A DNA stretch of 64,000 bases, taken from an uncultured beta proteobacterium. GTDB taxonomy: Bacteria > Pseudomonadota > Gammaproteobacteria > Burkholderiales > Casimicrobiaceae. A program made the translations under genes and the position numbers. The stretch is taken from NCBI GenBank assembly GCA_963747265.1, contig CAVVEH010000003.1, forward strand, positions 285,377-349,376, given 5' to 3'. Under the pieces are notes generated by a model, which was given only the letters and a program-made list of their open reading frames with translations, had not been told where the DNA came from and made no database searches. This document shows, piece after piece, positions 23,902-37,471 of the stretch (within the stretch, counting starts at the first letter, position 1; each line of letters starts with the position of its first letter).

Positions 23902-25632
23902 TCAGGCCGCCCGCGGTTTGCGCTTCTGCCAGCCGGTCTTGCCGTTGCGCGCCTTGGCCGGGACAGGGTCGTCGTCCGGCTGCGTGTCGGGCTCCGGCTC
24001 CTTCAACCGCGTGCGCGCCAGCACACCGGCCTCTTCCAGGATCGGGTAGGCGATCGAGCAGATGTGCGAATTGATGCGCTTCAGGTCCGAGATGAGGTCC
24101 AAGTGCAGCGACGACGTCTCGATGCTCTCCACCGTGTTGCCGGCGAGGCGCGCGAGGTGCGAATCGGCGTACGCGCGCTCCAGGTCGCGGAAGAGGACCT
24201 TTTGTGCGAGCAGTTCCTGCGCGCTCTTCAAATCGCCGTTCAGGAAGACGCTCATGCCCAGGCGCAGGTTGGCGACGAGGCGGGCATGCAGGTCGCAGAT
24301 TTCGGCCATGCCGGCTTCGGAGAAGTTGCGGTGCTTCTCGATCTTCTTCTCCTCGAGGTCGATCAGCACGCGTTCGATGATGTCGCCGACCTGCTCCAGG
24401 TTGATCGTGAACGACACGATGTCCGCCCAGCGCCGGCCCTCGCGGTCGTCCAGCGCCTCGCGCGAGATCTGCGTGAGGTAGAGCTTCACCGCCGTGTACA
24501 GCTCGTCGACGATATCGTCCTTCTGACGCAGCCGCGCCGCCAGCGCGCGGTCGTTGGTCTTCATGACCGTCAGCATGCCGTTCAGCATGTCTTCGATGAC
24601 GTCGCCGATGCGCATGGCTTCGCGCGCGGCGTTGGCGATCGCCAGCGTAGGCGTGGTCAGCGCGGAAGGATCGAGATGGCGCGGCGCGGCGGGATTGTCG
24701 GCGGCGCGCTTGGCGGGCAGCAGTCGCTCGGCAATCGTCGCGATCTTCTCGGTCCAGAAGATGAAGATCAGCGACAGCGCAATGTTGAAGAACAGGTGGA
24801 ACAGCACGACTTCGCGCGCCGGGTCGAGCTCGAGCCCGGCGATCCAGCCGTCGATGTGCGCCAGGAACGGGATGGCGATCACGCAGCCGATCAGCTTGAA
24901 CAGGAAGTTGCCCAGCGTCACGCGGCGGGCTTCGGGCAGCGAATGCATCGTCGACAGCATGCCCAGCAACCCACTGCCCAGGTTGGTGCCGAGCACGAGT
25001 CCGAGCGCGACCGGCAGCGCGATCACATGCAGCGATGCAAGCGTGGCGACGAGCAGGACGACCGCCAGGCTCGAGTAGCACAGCATCGTGAACAGCGCGG
25101 CGACCAGCATGTCGAGCAGCACGTCGCCGGTCATCGACGCGAAGATCACCTTGACGCCGGCGGCCTGCACGACCGGCTTGGCGGCGACCGAAATCCATTG
25201 CAGCGCGAACATGATGAGCCCGAGCCCGATGAGTATCCGGCCGAAGCGCCCGACGTTGGTTGCCTGCATCGCCAGGAACAAGGTCACACCGACGAAGATC
25301 AGCAGCGGGGCGAGCCACGACAGGTCGAACGACAGGATCAGCGTGACGAGGGACGTGCCGACATCGGCGCCCAGCATCACGGCCAGCGCCGGCGCGGTGC
25401 CGATGATCCCCTGGCCCGCGAAGGCCGCGACGATCAGCGCCGTGGCCGTGCTGCTCTGGATGAGGGCGGTGACACCCAGCCCGGCGAGGAACGCGGTAAA
25501 GCGCTGACTGATGCTCGTGCGCAGGATGCGACGCAGGTCGCCACCATAGAGGCGCAGGATGCCGGTGCGCACGATGTGCGTGCCCCACACCAGGAGCGAC
25601 ACGCCGGCCAGCAGGTTGAGGAGTGTCTGCAT
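23902..25632 (-). CDS. Na/Pi cotransporter family protein (YjbB-like) with PhoU domains
   Basis: QSSTATA, GADVGT, GTNLGS repeats; C-terminal ETSSLHLDLISDLKRINSH. Confidence 0.9.
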   Translation of the reverse strand: MQTLLNLLAGVSLLVWGTHIVRTGILRLYGGDLRRILRTSISQRFTAFLAGLGVTALIQSSTATALIVAAFAGQGIIGTAPALAVMLGADVGTSLVTLILSFDLSWLAPLLIFVGVTLFLAMQATNVGRFGRILIGLGLIMFALQWISVAAKPVVQAAGVKVIFASMTGDVLLDMLVAALFTMLCYSSLAVVLLVATLASLHVIALPVALGLVLGTNLGSGLLGMLSTMHSLPEARRVTLGNFLFKLIGCVIAIPFLAHIDGWIAGLELDPAREVVLFHLFFNIALSLIFIFWTEKIATIAERLLPAKRAADNPAAPRHLDPSALTTPTLAIANAAREAMRIGDVIEDMLNGMLTVMKTNDRALAARLRQKDDIVDELYTAVKLYLTQISREALDDREGRRWADIVSFTINLEQVGDIIERVLIDLEEKKIEKHRNFSEAGMAEICDLHARLVANLRLGMSVFLNGDLKSAQELLAQKVLFRDLERAYADSHLARLAGNTVESIETSSLHLDLISDLKRINSHICSIAYPILEEAGVLARTRLKEPEPDTQPDDDPVPAKARNGKTGWQKRKPRAA

Positions 25633-25667
25633 TTATCGGACGCGGGTCAGCATGGCAGCGAAGCGAG

Positions 25668-27131
25668 TCACCACGGCAGCGAGTACGTCTTGGTGTTGGT
25701 GAAGCTCTTCATCGCTTCCTGGACGCCTTCCTTGTAGCCCAGGCCCGAGTCCTTGATGCCGCCGAAGGGCGTCAGCTCGAGCCGATAGCCGGGAACCTCG
25801 CGCACGTTGACCGGTGCCGACCTGCAACTCGGTGACGAATTTGGTGATGTAGTCGAGACGGTTCGTGCACACCGACGATGACAGGCCGTAGACGGTTCCA
25901 TTCGCGATCGCGATCGCTTCGTCCGATGTCCCGGAAGCGGATGACCGGCGACACCGGGCCGAAGGTCTCGGTCTTCACGACGTTCATCTCCGGCCGCACA
26001 TGGTCGATGACGGTCGGCGAATAGAGCGCGCCATGGCGAACGTTGCCGACCAGCAGCTGCGCACCCTGCGTCGACGGCATCGTTGACGCGTTGCTCGAAG
26101 TTCTGCGCCGCGGCCTCGTCGATCACCGTGCCCATGTCGAGCGAGGCGTCCATCGGGTCGCCGTAGGTCCACGCTTTGGTCTTCGCGACCAGCCGCGCGA
26201 CGAAGTCGTCGGCGACGCTCGTCGTGCACGAGCATCCGCTTGACCGCCGTGCAGCGCTGCCCCGAATTCTTGTACGAGCCCGCGGCGGCGAGCGAGGCCG
26301 CCTCCTCGATGTCGGCGTCCTCCATCACGATCAGCGGGTCGTTGCCGCCCAATTCCAGCACCTGCCGCTTGTACACGGCTTTCGCCGCGATGTACTTGCC
26401 CACCGCCACGCCGCCGGTGAACGTCACGAGATCGATGTCGGGATTGGTCAGCATCTCATCGGCGATCTCGCGCGGATCCCCGGTGACCACCGAGAACATT
26501 TCCGGCGGCAGGCCGGCTTCGTACAGGATGTCGGCCAGCAGAAGCGCCGTCAGCGGCGTCCGCTCCGTGGGCTTCAAAACCATCCGGTTGTTGGTCGCGA
26601 TCGACGGCGCCACCTTGTGCGCGACCTGGTTCAGCGGATGGTTGAACGGCGTGATGGCGGAGATGACGCCCTGCAGCGGTTCGCGCAGCGTGTACACCTT
26701 GCGCGACTTGCCGTGGGGCGTTAGGTCGCACGAGAAGATCTGGCCGTCGTCGTTGAGCGCGGCATTGCCGGCGAACGTGAACACGTCGCACGCGCGGCCC
26801 ACTTCGTAGCGCGAGTCCTTCTTGCAGATGCCGCATTCGGCCGTGATGAGGTCGGCGATCGCCTCGCCGCGCGCGCGAATCAGCGCCGCGGCCTTGCCCA
26901 GGATTTCGGCGCGCTGGTAGCGCGTGAGCTTCGCCCTGTAGCCGCGGGCTATCGCAAATGCGCCGCGGATGTCGTCGACCGTCGCTCGGGGCACGGTCCC
27001 GACCAGCGCGTTGCGTGTACGGATTGCGGACCTCGATGACGCGGGTGCCGCCGACCTCCTTGCCGGCGATGCGCATCTTCGCCGCTGAGGACGGTGCCGC
27101 GGCTGACCTGCGCAGATGTCGGCCATCATGT

Positions 27132-27135
<4 letters not shown>
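25668..27135 (-). CDS. phnY: Phosphonoacetaldehyde dehydrogenase, frameshifted
   Basis: [47 protein letters not shown]; overlaps phnA stop. Confidence 0.9.
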
Positions 27136-29157
<2,022 letters not shown>

Positions 29158-29169
29158 GTTGCGATTAGA

Positions 29170-29211
29170 CGGCCGATTGTGTAGATTGTCAACAATCTGC
29201 AATTGCGGCCG
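29170..29211. promoter_or_regulatory. Palindromic GntR-type operator between divergent phn operons
   Basis: AGATTGT-CA-ACAATCT core (29183-29198) with CGGCCG arms at 29170 and 29206. Confidence 0.7.
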
Positions 29212-29415
29212 AGTATGCTTCGGATCCGAACATGCAGCGCGGGGACGAAGGCTGCGGAGCGGTGGAGCGGTCCGCCGTCGCCGGCCGGGCGTTGCCCGCG
29301 ATGGCGGGGGCGCGTAGCATCGTCGCACGCTGATTCGTCGCGCACGAAAGTAGAAGTCCGGTCATGTTCGCGCCGTCGCCTTTTTCCCAACCCGTCCGCT
29401 TCAAGGAGCACATCG

Positions 29416-30461
29416 ATGAATTCCACCGAGGCATTCGCTGGCTGTCGTCCATCTTCGCCACCGCGGCGCTGGCCGTCCTGGCGAGCGGAGCGGCCTTCGC
29501 ACAGAAGACATCGCTGCTGGTGTACACGGCGCTCGAAGCCGACCAGATGAAGGCCTACTGCCGATGGCTTCAACAAGATCGAACCGAACATCGAGATCCA
29601 ATGGGTGCAGGATTCGACCGGCGTGATCACGGCCCGGCTGCTCGCCGAAAAGGCCAATCCGCAGGCCGACGTCATCTGGGGGCTGGCCGCGACCAGCCTC
29701 GTGCGGTTCGAGACGGACGGCATGCTGACGCCGTACGCGCCGAGCGGACTGTCGCCGCCATCAAGGCGTCCTATCGCGACGCCAAGAATCCGCCGGGCTG
29801 GTTCGGCATGGACGTGTGGGGCGCGACCGTGTGCTTCAACACGGTCGAGGCGGCCAAGTTGAATCTGCCCAAGCCGGAAACGTGGCAGGACCTGACCAAG
29901 CCGATCTACAAAGGCAAGATCGTCATGCCCAATCCCGCGTCGTCCGGAACAGGCTACCTCGACGTCACGTCGTGGCTGCAGATCTTCGGCGAGCAGGGCG
30001 GCTGGAAGTACATGGATGCGCTGCACGAGAACATCGCGCAGTACGTGCACTCGGGCAGCAAGCCGTGCGTGCTCGCGGGCAATGGCGAGTTTCCGATCGG
30101 CATCTCGTTCGAATATCGCGCCAACACGATCAAGGCCAAGGGCGGCCCATCGACTTCATCTTCCCCAAGGAGGGCCTGGGCTGGGACCTGGAGGCCTTCG
30201 GCATCATGAAGAACACCAAGAAGCTCGACGCCGCCAAGAAGCTGGCGGACTTCGCGTCGAGCAAGGCCGCGATGGACCTCTACGGCAAGAACTACGCGAT
30301 CGTCGCCATACCCGGTGCGGCAGTACCGCTGCCCAACATACCGGCTGACTACGAGTCCCGGCTGGTCAAGAACGACTTCGCCTGGGCCGCCAACAATCGC
30401 GACAAGATCCTAGCGGAGTGGACCAAGCGCTACGACAGCAAGTCCGAAGCCCAAGAAATAA
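29416..30461 (+). CDS. 2-aminoethylphosphonate ABC transporter substrate-binding protein (PhnS2/AepX-like), frameshifted
   Basis: AAGGAG RBS; [49 protein letters not shown]. Confidence 0.85.
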
Positions 30462-30477
30462 CGGCTGCCTGCCCGAT

Positions 30478-30500
30478 GCGCCCCGCCTTCCGCGGGGCGC
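30478..30500 (+). repeat. 9-bp GC stem-loop between SBP and ATPase genes (possible mRNA stabiliser)
   Basis: GCGCCCCGC-cttcc-GCGGGGCGC. Confidence 0.5.
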
Positions 30501-30508
30501 GTTACATC

Positions 30509-31594
30509 ATGGGAACCGCTCTTGTGACCGACGACTCCTATCTGCGGCTTTCGGGCATCAACAAGAGCTTCGGCAAGTTCGAGGCGCTGAAGGACATCGC
30601 GCTGGAGGTCCGGCGTGGTGAACTGATGGTCTTCCTGGGACCCTCGGGCTGCGGCAAGACCACGCTGCTGCGCATCATCGCCGGGCTGGAAACGCAGGAC
30701 CGCGGAACGATCCATCAGGGCGGGGCGGACATTTCGCGGCTGCCGCCGATCAAGCGCGACTACGGAATCGTCTTCCAGTCCTACGCGCTGTTCCCGAACC
30801 TGACGATTCGCGACAACGTCGCGTATGGTCTCGTCAACCGCCGGCAAGCGCGAGGCGCCATCGCGGCGCGCGTCGCAGAGTTGCTGACGCTGGTCGGGCT
30901 CCCCGACGCCGGTGCCAAGTACCCTGGGCAATTGTCCGGCGGACAGCAGCAGAGAATCGCGCTTGCACGCGCACTGGCCACCGCGCCGGGATTGCTGTTG
31001 CTCGACGAGCCGCTGTCGGCGCTCGACGCACTCGAGCGGGTTCGGTTGCGCGGCGAAATTCGCGCATTGCAGCAGCGGCTGCACGTGACGACCGTGATGG
31101 TCACGCACGACCAGGAAGAAGCGCTGTCGATGGCCGATCGCATCGTCGTGATGAACGCCGGCCGCATCGAGCAGGTCGGCACGCCGCGGGACGTCTACGA
31201 ACTGCCTATGACGCCGTTCGTCGCGGACTTCGTCGGCAAGATCAACGTGCTGCCCGCCGTGGCCGAAGGCGGAGGGCAATTCCGCGTCGGTGACATTTCG
31301 CTCGCCGTCGCGCGCCCGGATATCGCGACCGGCAAGGAGGTGAGGCTCTACCTGCGGCCGGAGGAGGTCGGGCTCAACGACCCCGCCGCGGTGAACGGCA
31401 ACCGCTTCGGCGCGCGCATCGCCAAGGTCGAATTCCTGGGCGCCTTCTGCATGGTGGGCCTGACGCTCGACGCGCCGGGCGCTCCGGCGCTGGTCGCGAA
31501 CGTGCCGCGCCACGACGTCGACTCCGGCAATATGACCGCCGGCCAGTCCGTCACGGTCAGCCTCCCTCCCGACGCGCTGCGCATACTTGGATAA
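30509..31594 (+). CDS. 2-AEP ABC transporter ATP-binding protein (PhnT2/AepV-like)
   Basis: [28 protein letters not shown]-like C-terminus. Confidence 0.88.
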   Translation: MGTALVTDDSYLRLSGINKSFGKFEALKDIALEVRRGELMVFLGPSGCGKTTLLRIIAGLETQDRGTIHQGGADISRLPPIKRDYGIVFQSYALFPNLTIRDNVAYGLVNRRQARGAIAARVAELLTLVGLPDAGAKYPGQLSGGQQQRIALARALATAPGLLLLDEPLSALDALERVRLRGEIRALQQRLHVTTVMVTHDQEEALSMADRIVVMNAGRIEQVGTPRDVYELPMTPFVADFVGKINVLPAVAEGGGQFRVGDISLAVARPDIATGKEVRLYLRPEEVGLNDPAAVNGNRFGARIAKVEFLGAFCMVGLTLDAPGAPALVANVPRHDVDSGNMTAGQSVTVSLPPDALRILG

Positions 31595-31651
31595 GGGAGA
31601 CATGGGCAGTGCAGCGGCCGCGGCCAATCCGGCCGCAAGCGTGGGGGTGCT

Positions 31652-33376
31652 TTGAGCACGCCCGCAATAGCGCTTCCGGGAACTGCGGCGAGGTCCACGA
31701 CCCGGCCGCGCGTGCATTGGCAAGATCGGCTGGCGCAAGGCTTGCTGCTCGCCTGTTGCGCGGTGCTGGTGCTTTTCCTGCTGGGACCGATGGCGAGCAT
31801 CCTCGTCAAGAGCGTCCAGGACAAGGACGGCGGCTTCGTCGGGTTGCTGCAATTCCGCGAGTATTTCGCGACGCCGGCGTTGATGATCTCCATCTGGAAC
31901 ACGTTCTGGGTGGCGGTCATCGTCACCGCCATCACCATTCCGCTCGCGTTTGCGTACGCGTACGCGCTCACGCGCTCGTGCATGCGCGGCAAGGTCATCT
32001 TTCGCGTCATCGCACTGACGCCGATCCTGGCGCCCTCGCTGCTGGCGGCCATCTCGTTCATCCAGTGGTTCGGCAACCAGGGCGCGGCGAAGTGGCTGCT
32101 TCATGGCGCGTCGATCTACGGGCCGCTGGGCATCATCGTCTCGGCCATCTACGCGACATTTCCGCACGCACTGATGATCGTCCTGACGTCGCTGCTCTTG
32201 ACCGACGGCCGCCTGTACGAGGCGGCGGAGTCGCTGCGCACGCCGATGTGGCGCAGGTTCTTCACGATTACGCTGCCGGGCGCCAAATTCGGGCTGATCA
32301 GCGCCACGATGGTCGTCTTTTCCTACACGGTCAGCGACTTCGGCATTCCCAAGGTGATCGGCGGCAACTTCAACGTGCTTGCGGTGGACATCTACAAGCT
32401 CGTGATCGGCCAGCAGAACTTCAACAAGGGTGCCGTGGTCGGCCTGGTGCTGCTCTTTCCCGTACTGATCGCGTTCACCGTCGACTGGATCATGCAAGGG
32501 CGCCAGCAGGCATTGTTCTCCGCGCGAGCCGTGCCGTATGCGCCGAAGCCCGCGCCGTGGTTCGATCGCGGGATGTTCGTGTACTGCCTCGCCATCTCGC
32601 TGCTGCTGCTCGCCGTGCTCGGCATGGCGGTCTATACGTCGTTCATCAAGTTCTGGCCCTACGACAAGTCGATGAGCCTGCGCCACTACGTCTTCGGACT
32701 CGTCGACGCGGGCGCGCTGGACGCCTATGTCAACAGCCTCAAGATTGCGCTCGCGGTAGCGGTGGGCGGCACCACATTCATCTTTGGCTGTGCCTACCTG
32801 CTCGAAAAGACCAGGGGAGCGCCGCTGCTCAAGGCGTTCGTGCGCCTTCTCGCCGCCATTCCGATGGGCGTGCCCGGGATGGTGCTGGGCTTGGGCTACA
32901 TCCTCTTCTTCATCGATCCGGCCAACCCGCTGAACGGACTCTACGGGACCATCGGAATCCTGGTGTTCTCCACGGTCGTCCACTACTACACATCGAGCCA
33001 CCTGACTGCGGTAACGGCGCTGAAGGCGCTCGACAGCGAATTCGAGGCGGTCTCGGCTTCGCTCAAGGTGCCGTTCTACAAGACGTTCTTCCGCGTGACC
33101 GTGCCGGTCTGCCTGCCCGCGATTCTCGACATCGGCCGGTACCTCTTCGTCAATGCCATGGTGACCATCTCGGCCGTCATCTTCCTGTATACGCCACAGA
33201 CCCGTTTGGCGTCGATCGCGATCCTCCGGCTCGACGAATTCGGCGAGATCGGCCCCGCCGCGGCGATGGCGACGCTGATCGTGATCACCTCCACCGCCAT
33301 CTGCCTGGTCTACGCGGTGCTGACGCGCTTCATCGTCACGCGCACGCAAGCCTGGCGCAAACCGGTCGTACTTTGA
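31652..33376 (+). CDS. 2-AEP ABC transporter permease, two fused modules (PhnU2/AepW-like)
   Basis: Two EAA-loop repeats ([17 protein letters not shown]), [10 protein letters not shown]. Confidence 0.88.
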   Translation: MSTPAIALPGTAARSTTRPRVHWQDRLAQGLLLACCAVLVLFLLGPMASILVKSVQDKDGGFVGLLQFREYFATPALMISIWNTFWVAVIVTAITIPLAFAYAYALTRSCMRGKVIFRVIALTPILAPSLLAAISFIQWFGNQGAAKWLLHGASIYGPLGIIVSAIYATFPHALMIVLTSLLLTDGRLYEAAESLRTPMWRRFFTITLPGAKFGLISATMVVFSYTVSDFGIPKVIGGNFNVLAVDIYKLVIGQQNFNKGAVVGLVLLFPVLIAFTVDWIMQGRQQALFSARAVPYAPKPAPWFDRGMFVYCLAISLLLLAVLGMAVYTSFIKFWPYDKSMSLRHYVFGLVDAGALDAYVNSLKIALAVAVGGTTFIFGCAYLLEKTRGAPLLKAFVRLLAAIPMGVPGMVLGLGYILFFIDPANPLNGLYGTIGILVFSTVVHYYTSSHLTAVTALKALDSEFEAVSASLKVPFYKTFFRVTVPVCLPAILDIGRYLFVNAMVTISAVIFLYTPQTRLASIAILRLDEFGEIGPAAAMATLIVITSTAICLVYAVLTRFIVTRTQAWRKPVVL

Positions 33377-33407
33377 TGCTCATCTTGCATCGAAACAAGG
33401 ACATGCC

Positions 33408-34553
33408 ATGAGCCTTCATTCCCGCGATCCCATCCTGCTCACGCCCGGTCCGCTGACCACCTCCCTCGTCACCAAGATGGCGATGCTGCGCGACTGGGGT
33501 TCGTGGGACGCCGAGTTCAACGCCGTCACGGCGCAGGTGCGAGGCAAGCTCGTCGACATCGTCCACGCGCGCGAATCGCACACGTGCGTGCCGCTGCAAG
33601 GGAGCGGCACATTCTCGATCGAGGCCGCCGTCAACACGCTCGTCCCGCGCGCCGGCCACGTGCTGGTGCTGATCAACGGCGCGTACGGCAAGCGCTTCGC
33701 GAAGCTGACGGAGATGATGGGGCGGAAGCTGACCACGTTCGAAACTGCCGACGACGTGCCGACGACGGCGGACGACGTCGACCGGCTGATTGCGAAGGAC
33801 CCGTCGATCACGCACGTGGGCCTCATCCATTGCGAGACCTCCACGGGCATCCACAATCCGCTCGCATTGATCGCCGACGTCGTCGCGCGCCACGGCAAGG
33901 GCCTCATCGTCGATGCGATGAGCTCGTTCGGCGCACTGCCCATCGACGCGCGCAAGATACCGTTCGACGCATTGATCGCAGCCTCGGGCAAATGCGTCGA
34001 AGGGCCGCCCGGCATGGGGTTCGTGCTGGTGCGCAAGGGGCTCCTCGAGCGCTGCGCCGGCAACTCGACGTCGCTCGCGCTGGACCTGGCCGACCAGTGG
34101 GCCTACATGGAGAAGACGACGCAGTGGCGATACACGCCGCCGACGCACGTCGTCGTCGCGCTCAACGCCGCGCTCGACCAGTACATCGCCGAAGGCGGAC
34201 AGCCTGCGCGCCTTGGGCGGTACACGAGGAATTACGAAACGCTGGTGGCCGGGATGACCGAGCTCGGGTTCAAGCCGTTCCTCGACCCGTCGATCCAGGC
34301 TCCGATCATCGTGACGTTCCATGCGCCCGCGGACTCGCGCTACGCATTCAAGGAGTTCTACGACCGCGTGCGCGACAAGGGCTTCATCCTGTATCCCGGG
34401 AAGCTCACGCAGGTCGAGACGTTCCGCGTGGGGTGCATCGGCGCGATCGGCCGCGACGAGATGCGGCATGCGGTCAACGCCGTGCGCGACACGCTGGCGG
34501 AGATGGGCATCAAGCACGGTGCGCCCGCTCACGCCCGGCGCGCCGCCGCCTGA
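33408..34553 (+). CDS. phnW: 2-aminoethylphosphonate--pyruvate transaminase
   Basis: [51 protein letters not shown]-like LYPGKLT. Confidence 0.95.
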   Translation: MSLHSRDPILLTPGPLTTSLVTKMAMLRDWGSWDAEFNAVTAQVRGKLVDIVHARESHTCVPLQGSGTFSIEAAVNTLVPRAGHVLVLINGAYGKRFAKLTEMMGRKLTTFETADDVPTTADDVDRLIAKDPSITHVGLIHCETSTGIHNPLALIADVVARHGKGLIVDAMSSFGALPIDARKIPFDALIAASGKCVEGPPGMGFVLVRKGLLERCAGNSTSLALDLADQWAYMEKTTQWRYTPPTHVVVALNAALDQYIAEGGQPARLGRYTRNYETLVAGMTELGFKPFLDPSIQAPIIVTFHAPADSRYAFKEFYDRVRDKGFILYPGKLTQVETFRVGCIGAIGRDEMRHAVNAVRDTLAEMGIKHGAPAHARRAAA

Positions 34554-35425
34554 GGGTGGCGCAGTGTGTTCAGCGCGTCGTACGCCGGCGCCGACGGGTC
34601 GATGGCGCGCTGGCGCAGCAGGAAGTCCAGCACGACGAGGCCCGCATCCGCGGTGACCTCGTCCGGTCCTTCCGCCAGCGCGATGAGCCGCGCCGCCTCC
34701 GCCATTTCGACCAGCCGATGCTCGACCGCCTCGCCATCCTGATTGGCCGGCACGAACGTGGGAGCCAGCCACAGGTCGTGCACGAAGAGGGTTTCGGACT
34801 GGAGGCCGTCGTGCTGTTCGCGCCAGATGTGTACGGCGTCCTTGCGCTGCGCGCGCGCGGCAAGATTCCCGGCGATGCCGGCTTCCTCCCAGGCTTCCCT
34901 GGCGAGCGTCTGCGCGACGGTAGCGCCTGCCGCCACGCCGCCCCCCACGAGGTTGTCGAGCTTGCCCGGATCGATCGCCTTGTCCGGGCTGCGTCGCGCG
35001 AACCACATCTGCACGTCCGAGGGGCCCCGGACCACGCCATTGATGTGCGCGGCCCACGTGTGTACGCCGAAATAGCGCGCGGCGGCGCGTTCGAGCACGA
35101 ACCAGGGTCGCGCGCCCAACGTCGGCGCCGCGGCATAGAGTTCGTTGCGCCATCGCGTCAGCGCGCCTTCGGCGGCCAGCGTGGCCGTGACCTTCGCCAT
35201 CGCCTCGCTGCGCGACGCTTCGTCGTTGAGGTCGGGAAGGAAAGACACGCTATCGCCGTCTACCGCGAAGACGTCGGAAAAATCCGCCACGCGCGCGGCG
35301 CGGTCATCGTCGAGCCAGCCCGCAATGGCGGTGTCGACACGCAACGGCCGCAGGTGGCGCGCAGGCGCCGCGAGGGCGCTCGCGAGATGCGCGAGTATCG
35401 CGGCTGCGGAGGCATCATCGATCAC
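34529..35425 (-). CDS. NUDIX hydrolase with DUF4743 domain
   Basis: [33 protein letters not shown] Nudix box, PANQDGE; GTG 35425 lies 7 nt after a TAAAAT element. Confidence 0.85.
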   Translation of the reverse strand: MIDDASAAAILAHLASALAAPARHLRPLRVDTAIAGWLDDDRAARVADFSDVFAVDGDSVSFLPDLNDEASRSEAMAKVTATLAAEGALTRWRNELYAAAPTLGARPWFVLERAAARYFGVHTWAAHINGVVRGPSDVQMWFARRSPDKAIDPGKLDNLVGGGVAAGATVAQTLAREAWEEAGIAGNLAARAQRKDAVHIWREQHDGLQSETLFVHDLWLAPTFVPANQDGEAVEHRLVEMAEAARLIALAEGPDEVTADAGLVVLDFLLRQRAIDPSAPAYDALNTLRHPQAAARRA

Positions 35426-35447
35426 GCGCTGGATTTTAGCTGACCGC

Positions 35448-36119
35448 ATGACCAACGACATCCTGGCGCTTTTCGACCTCGATCACACGCTGCTGCCGCA
35501 CGACAGCGACGAGCAGTGGGTCGAATTCCTTCTCGAACGAGGCAAGCTCGACCGCGCCGATTTCGAGTCGGCGAACCGCGATCTGGGCGATCGCTACCGT
35601 CGAGGCGAAGCCGGCGCCATCGAATTCGCCGAGTTCTATCTTTCGACGCTCACGCCGTTCACGGCTTCCGAGCTGGCTGGACTGCACGCGACCTACATGC
35701 GCGAGCGCGTCCTGCCGTCGATTGCGCCTGCTGCCCGCAACCTCATCGCCAAGCACCGCGGGCTCGGCCATTTCATGATCCTCACGACGGCGACGAGCCG
35801 CTTCCTGACCGCGCCGATCGCGAAGGAGCTGGGCTTCGAGAACCACATCGCGACCGAACCCGAGATGAAGGAGGGCCGCTACACGGGCCGCGTGGCCGGC
35901 ACGCCCAATCTTCGCGAAGGCAAGGTCGAGCGGCTGCTGGCGTGGCTCGCCGAGCGCGACATGCGGCTGTCCGACTTCCGCGAAAGCTGGTTCTACAGCG
36001 ACTCGCAGAACGACCTGCCGCTCCTGTCGCACGTGACACATCCGGTGGCGGTGAACGCCGACCCGGTGCTCGCCGCGCACGCGCGGCACAAGGGCTGGCC
36101 GCAGATCGTCATCGGCTGA
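35448..36119 (+). CDS. HAD-IB family hydrolase (SerB/histidinol-phosphatase-like)
   Basis: ALFDLDHTLL, FYSDSQNDLPLL. Confidence 0.88.
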   Translation: MTNDILALFDLDHTLLPHDSDEQWVEFLLERGKLDRADFESANRDLGDRYRRGEAGAIEFAEFYLSTLTPFTASELAGLHATYMRERVLPSIAPAARNLIAKHRGLGHFMILTTATSRFLTAPIAKELGFENHIATEPEMKEGRYTGRVAGTPNLREGKVERLLAWLAERDMRLSDFRESWFYSDSQNDLPLLSHVTHPVAVNADPVLAAHARHKGWPQIVIG

Positions 36120-36283
36120 CCGGCACAGTGCGCGGGCTGTCCTGCGTTGCGAGGTGAAAATTCGCAACTCGAAATGCCGATTGTTCACGCGACACGCCTG
36201 TGTCATCGGAGCGACGATTACGGCGAATGCAGACGGGCATTCATGAACGGTGGTCAAACGCCGTAACCTCGAAGGAGGGCATC

Positions 36284-36535
36284 ATGACAATGAATGCAAC
36301 GCGCCCAATCCCCGGCCGAAGCTTTCTAGCGCCCCTGGTCAGGGCCATCTTGCTCGCGCTGGGTCTCCTGGCCTTGGGCTATCTAGCCGTCGTCGCGGAC
36401 ACCAACACGCAAATGCCGCAGAGCGGCTTTTCGGGCCATGCGGCCGCCAGTCAGATTTCCGCACCGGCGACGTGGGACGGGGACCCCCAAGTGAATCCTG
36501 CGGCCAAGGTCGCCGAGCCGATCGCCACGTTCTAG
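36284..36535 (+). CDS. Small (83 aa) single-TM or exported hypothetical protein
   Basis: Strong AAGGAGG RBS, hydrophobic N-terminal stretch, C-terminal EPIATF. Confidence 0.6.
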   Translation: MTMNATRPIPGRSFLAPLVRAILLALGLLALGYLAVVADTNTQMPQSGFSGHAAASQISAPATWDGDPQVNPAAKVAEPIATF

Positions 36536-36601
36536 CATTCGCCAGGCGGGCAGCCGTCGACGGCATGCGAAAATGCTTGTTTCGTGCCCCCGGCGAACCC
36601 G

Positions 36602-37459
36602 ATGCCCGCCCAAATTCTCGACGGCAAGTCCGTCGCGCAACGTGTCACCGATGAAGTTCGCGCCAACGTAGCCGCGCATGTCGCCGCGGGAGGCGCCACG
36701 CCCGGATTGGCCGTCGTGCTGGTTGGCGACAGTGCCGCGTCGCAGGTCTACGTCCGCAACAAGCGCAGGACGACGGAAACGGTGGGGATGCGTTCGTTCG
36801 CGCACGACCTGCCGGCGACGGCAAGTGAAGATGAGGTGCTGGCGCTCGTCGACCGCCTGAACGCCGATCCCGCCGTCAACGGCATTTTGGTGCAGTTGCC
36901 GCTGCCCAAGCAGGTCAACGCGGAACGCGTCATCGAGCGCATCGATCCCAAGAAGGACGTCGACGGCTTCCATCCGTACAACATCGGCCGGCTGGTGCTC
37001 AAGATGCCGACGCTGCGTCCATGCACGCCGTTCGGCTGCATGCGGCTCCTGCGGGAGACAGGGGAGGACTTGGTCGGCAAGCATGCGGTGGTGATCGGCC
37101 AGTCGAACATCGTCGGCCGGCCGATGGCGCTGGAATTGCTGATGGCGCGCTGCACGGTGACGATCTGCCATTCGGCGACGCGCGACCTGCCGGGCATCGT
37201 GCGTCAGGGGGACATCGTCGTCGCGGGCGTGGGCAAGCCGAAATTCGTCCCCGGCGACTGGATCAAGCCGGGCGCCATCGTCATCGACGTCGGCATCAAT
37301 CGCATGGAAGACGGAAAGCTTTGCGGCGACGTGGACTTCACTGCGGCGAAGGAGGTTGCGGGATGGATCACGCCCGTGCCGGGCGGCGTCGGCCCGATGA
37401 CGATCGCGACGCTGCTCGCGAATACGCTGCGTGCGGCGCAATGGCAGGCAGGCCGTTAG
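36602..37459 (+). CDS. folD: Methylenetetrahydrofolate dehydrogenase/cyclohydrolase
   Basis: [38 protein letters not shown]. Confidence 0.97.
   Translation: MPAQILDGKSVAQRVTDEVRANVAAHVAAGGATPGLAVVLVGDSAASQVYVRNKRRTTETVGMRSFAHDLPATASEDEVLALVDRLNADPAVNGILVQLPLPKQVNAERVIERIDPKKDVDGFHPYNIGRLVLKMPTLRPCTPFGCMRLLRETGEDLVGKHAVVIGQSNIVGRPMALELLMARCTVTICHSATRDLPGIVRQGDIVVAGVGKPKFVPGDWIKPGAIVIDVGINRMEDGKLCGDVDFTAAKEVAGWITPVPGGVGPMTIATLLANTLRAAQWQAGR
37443..37459 (+). repeat. Direct repeat copy 1 (folD 3' end)
   Basis: GGCAGGCAGGCCGTTAG, 15/17 identical to 40960-40976. Confidence 0.6.
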
Positions 37460-37471
37460 CAAACGCCGTCG

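Noticed and set aside
29816-31594. Apparent SBP-ATPase fusion in the AEP transporter
   Set aside because: An extra base near 30450 bypasses the likely TAA at 30459-30461; a hairpin and a separate start follow, and a periplasmic-cytoplasmic fusion without a TM is implausible.
30410-33349. Long antisense or alternate-frame ORFs (979 aa here; also 23383-25737, 21459-23594, 50257-52506)
   Set aside because: Shadow ORFs of high-GC genes; Arg/Ala/Gly-rich with no recognisable motifs.
36541-36551. GCCCGCCTGGC on the minus strand resembling the 3' part of a ZTP riboswitch near folD
   Set aside because: Wrong strand for folD and the 5' aptamer elements are missing.
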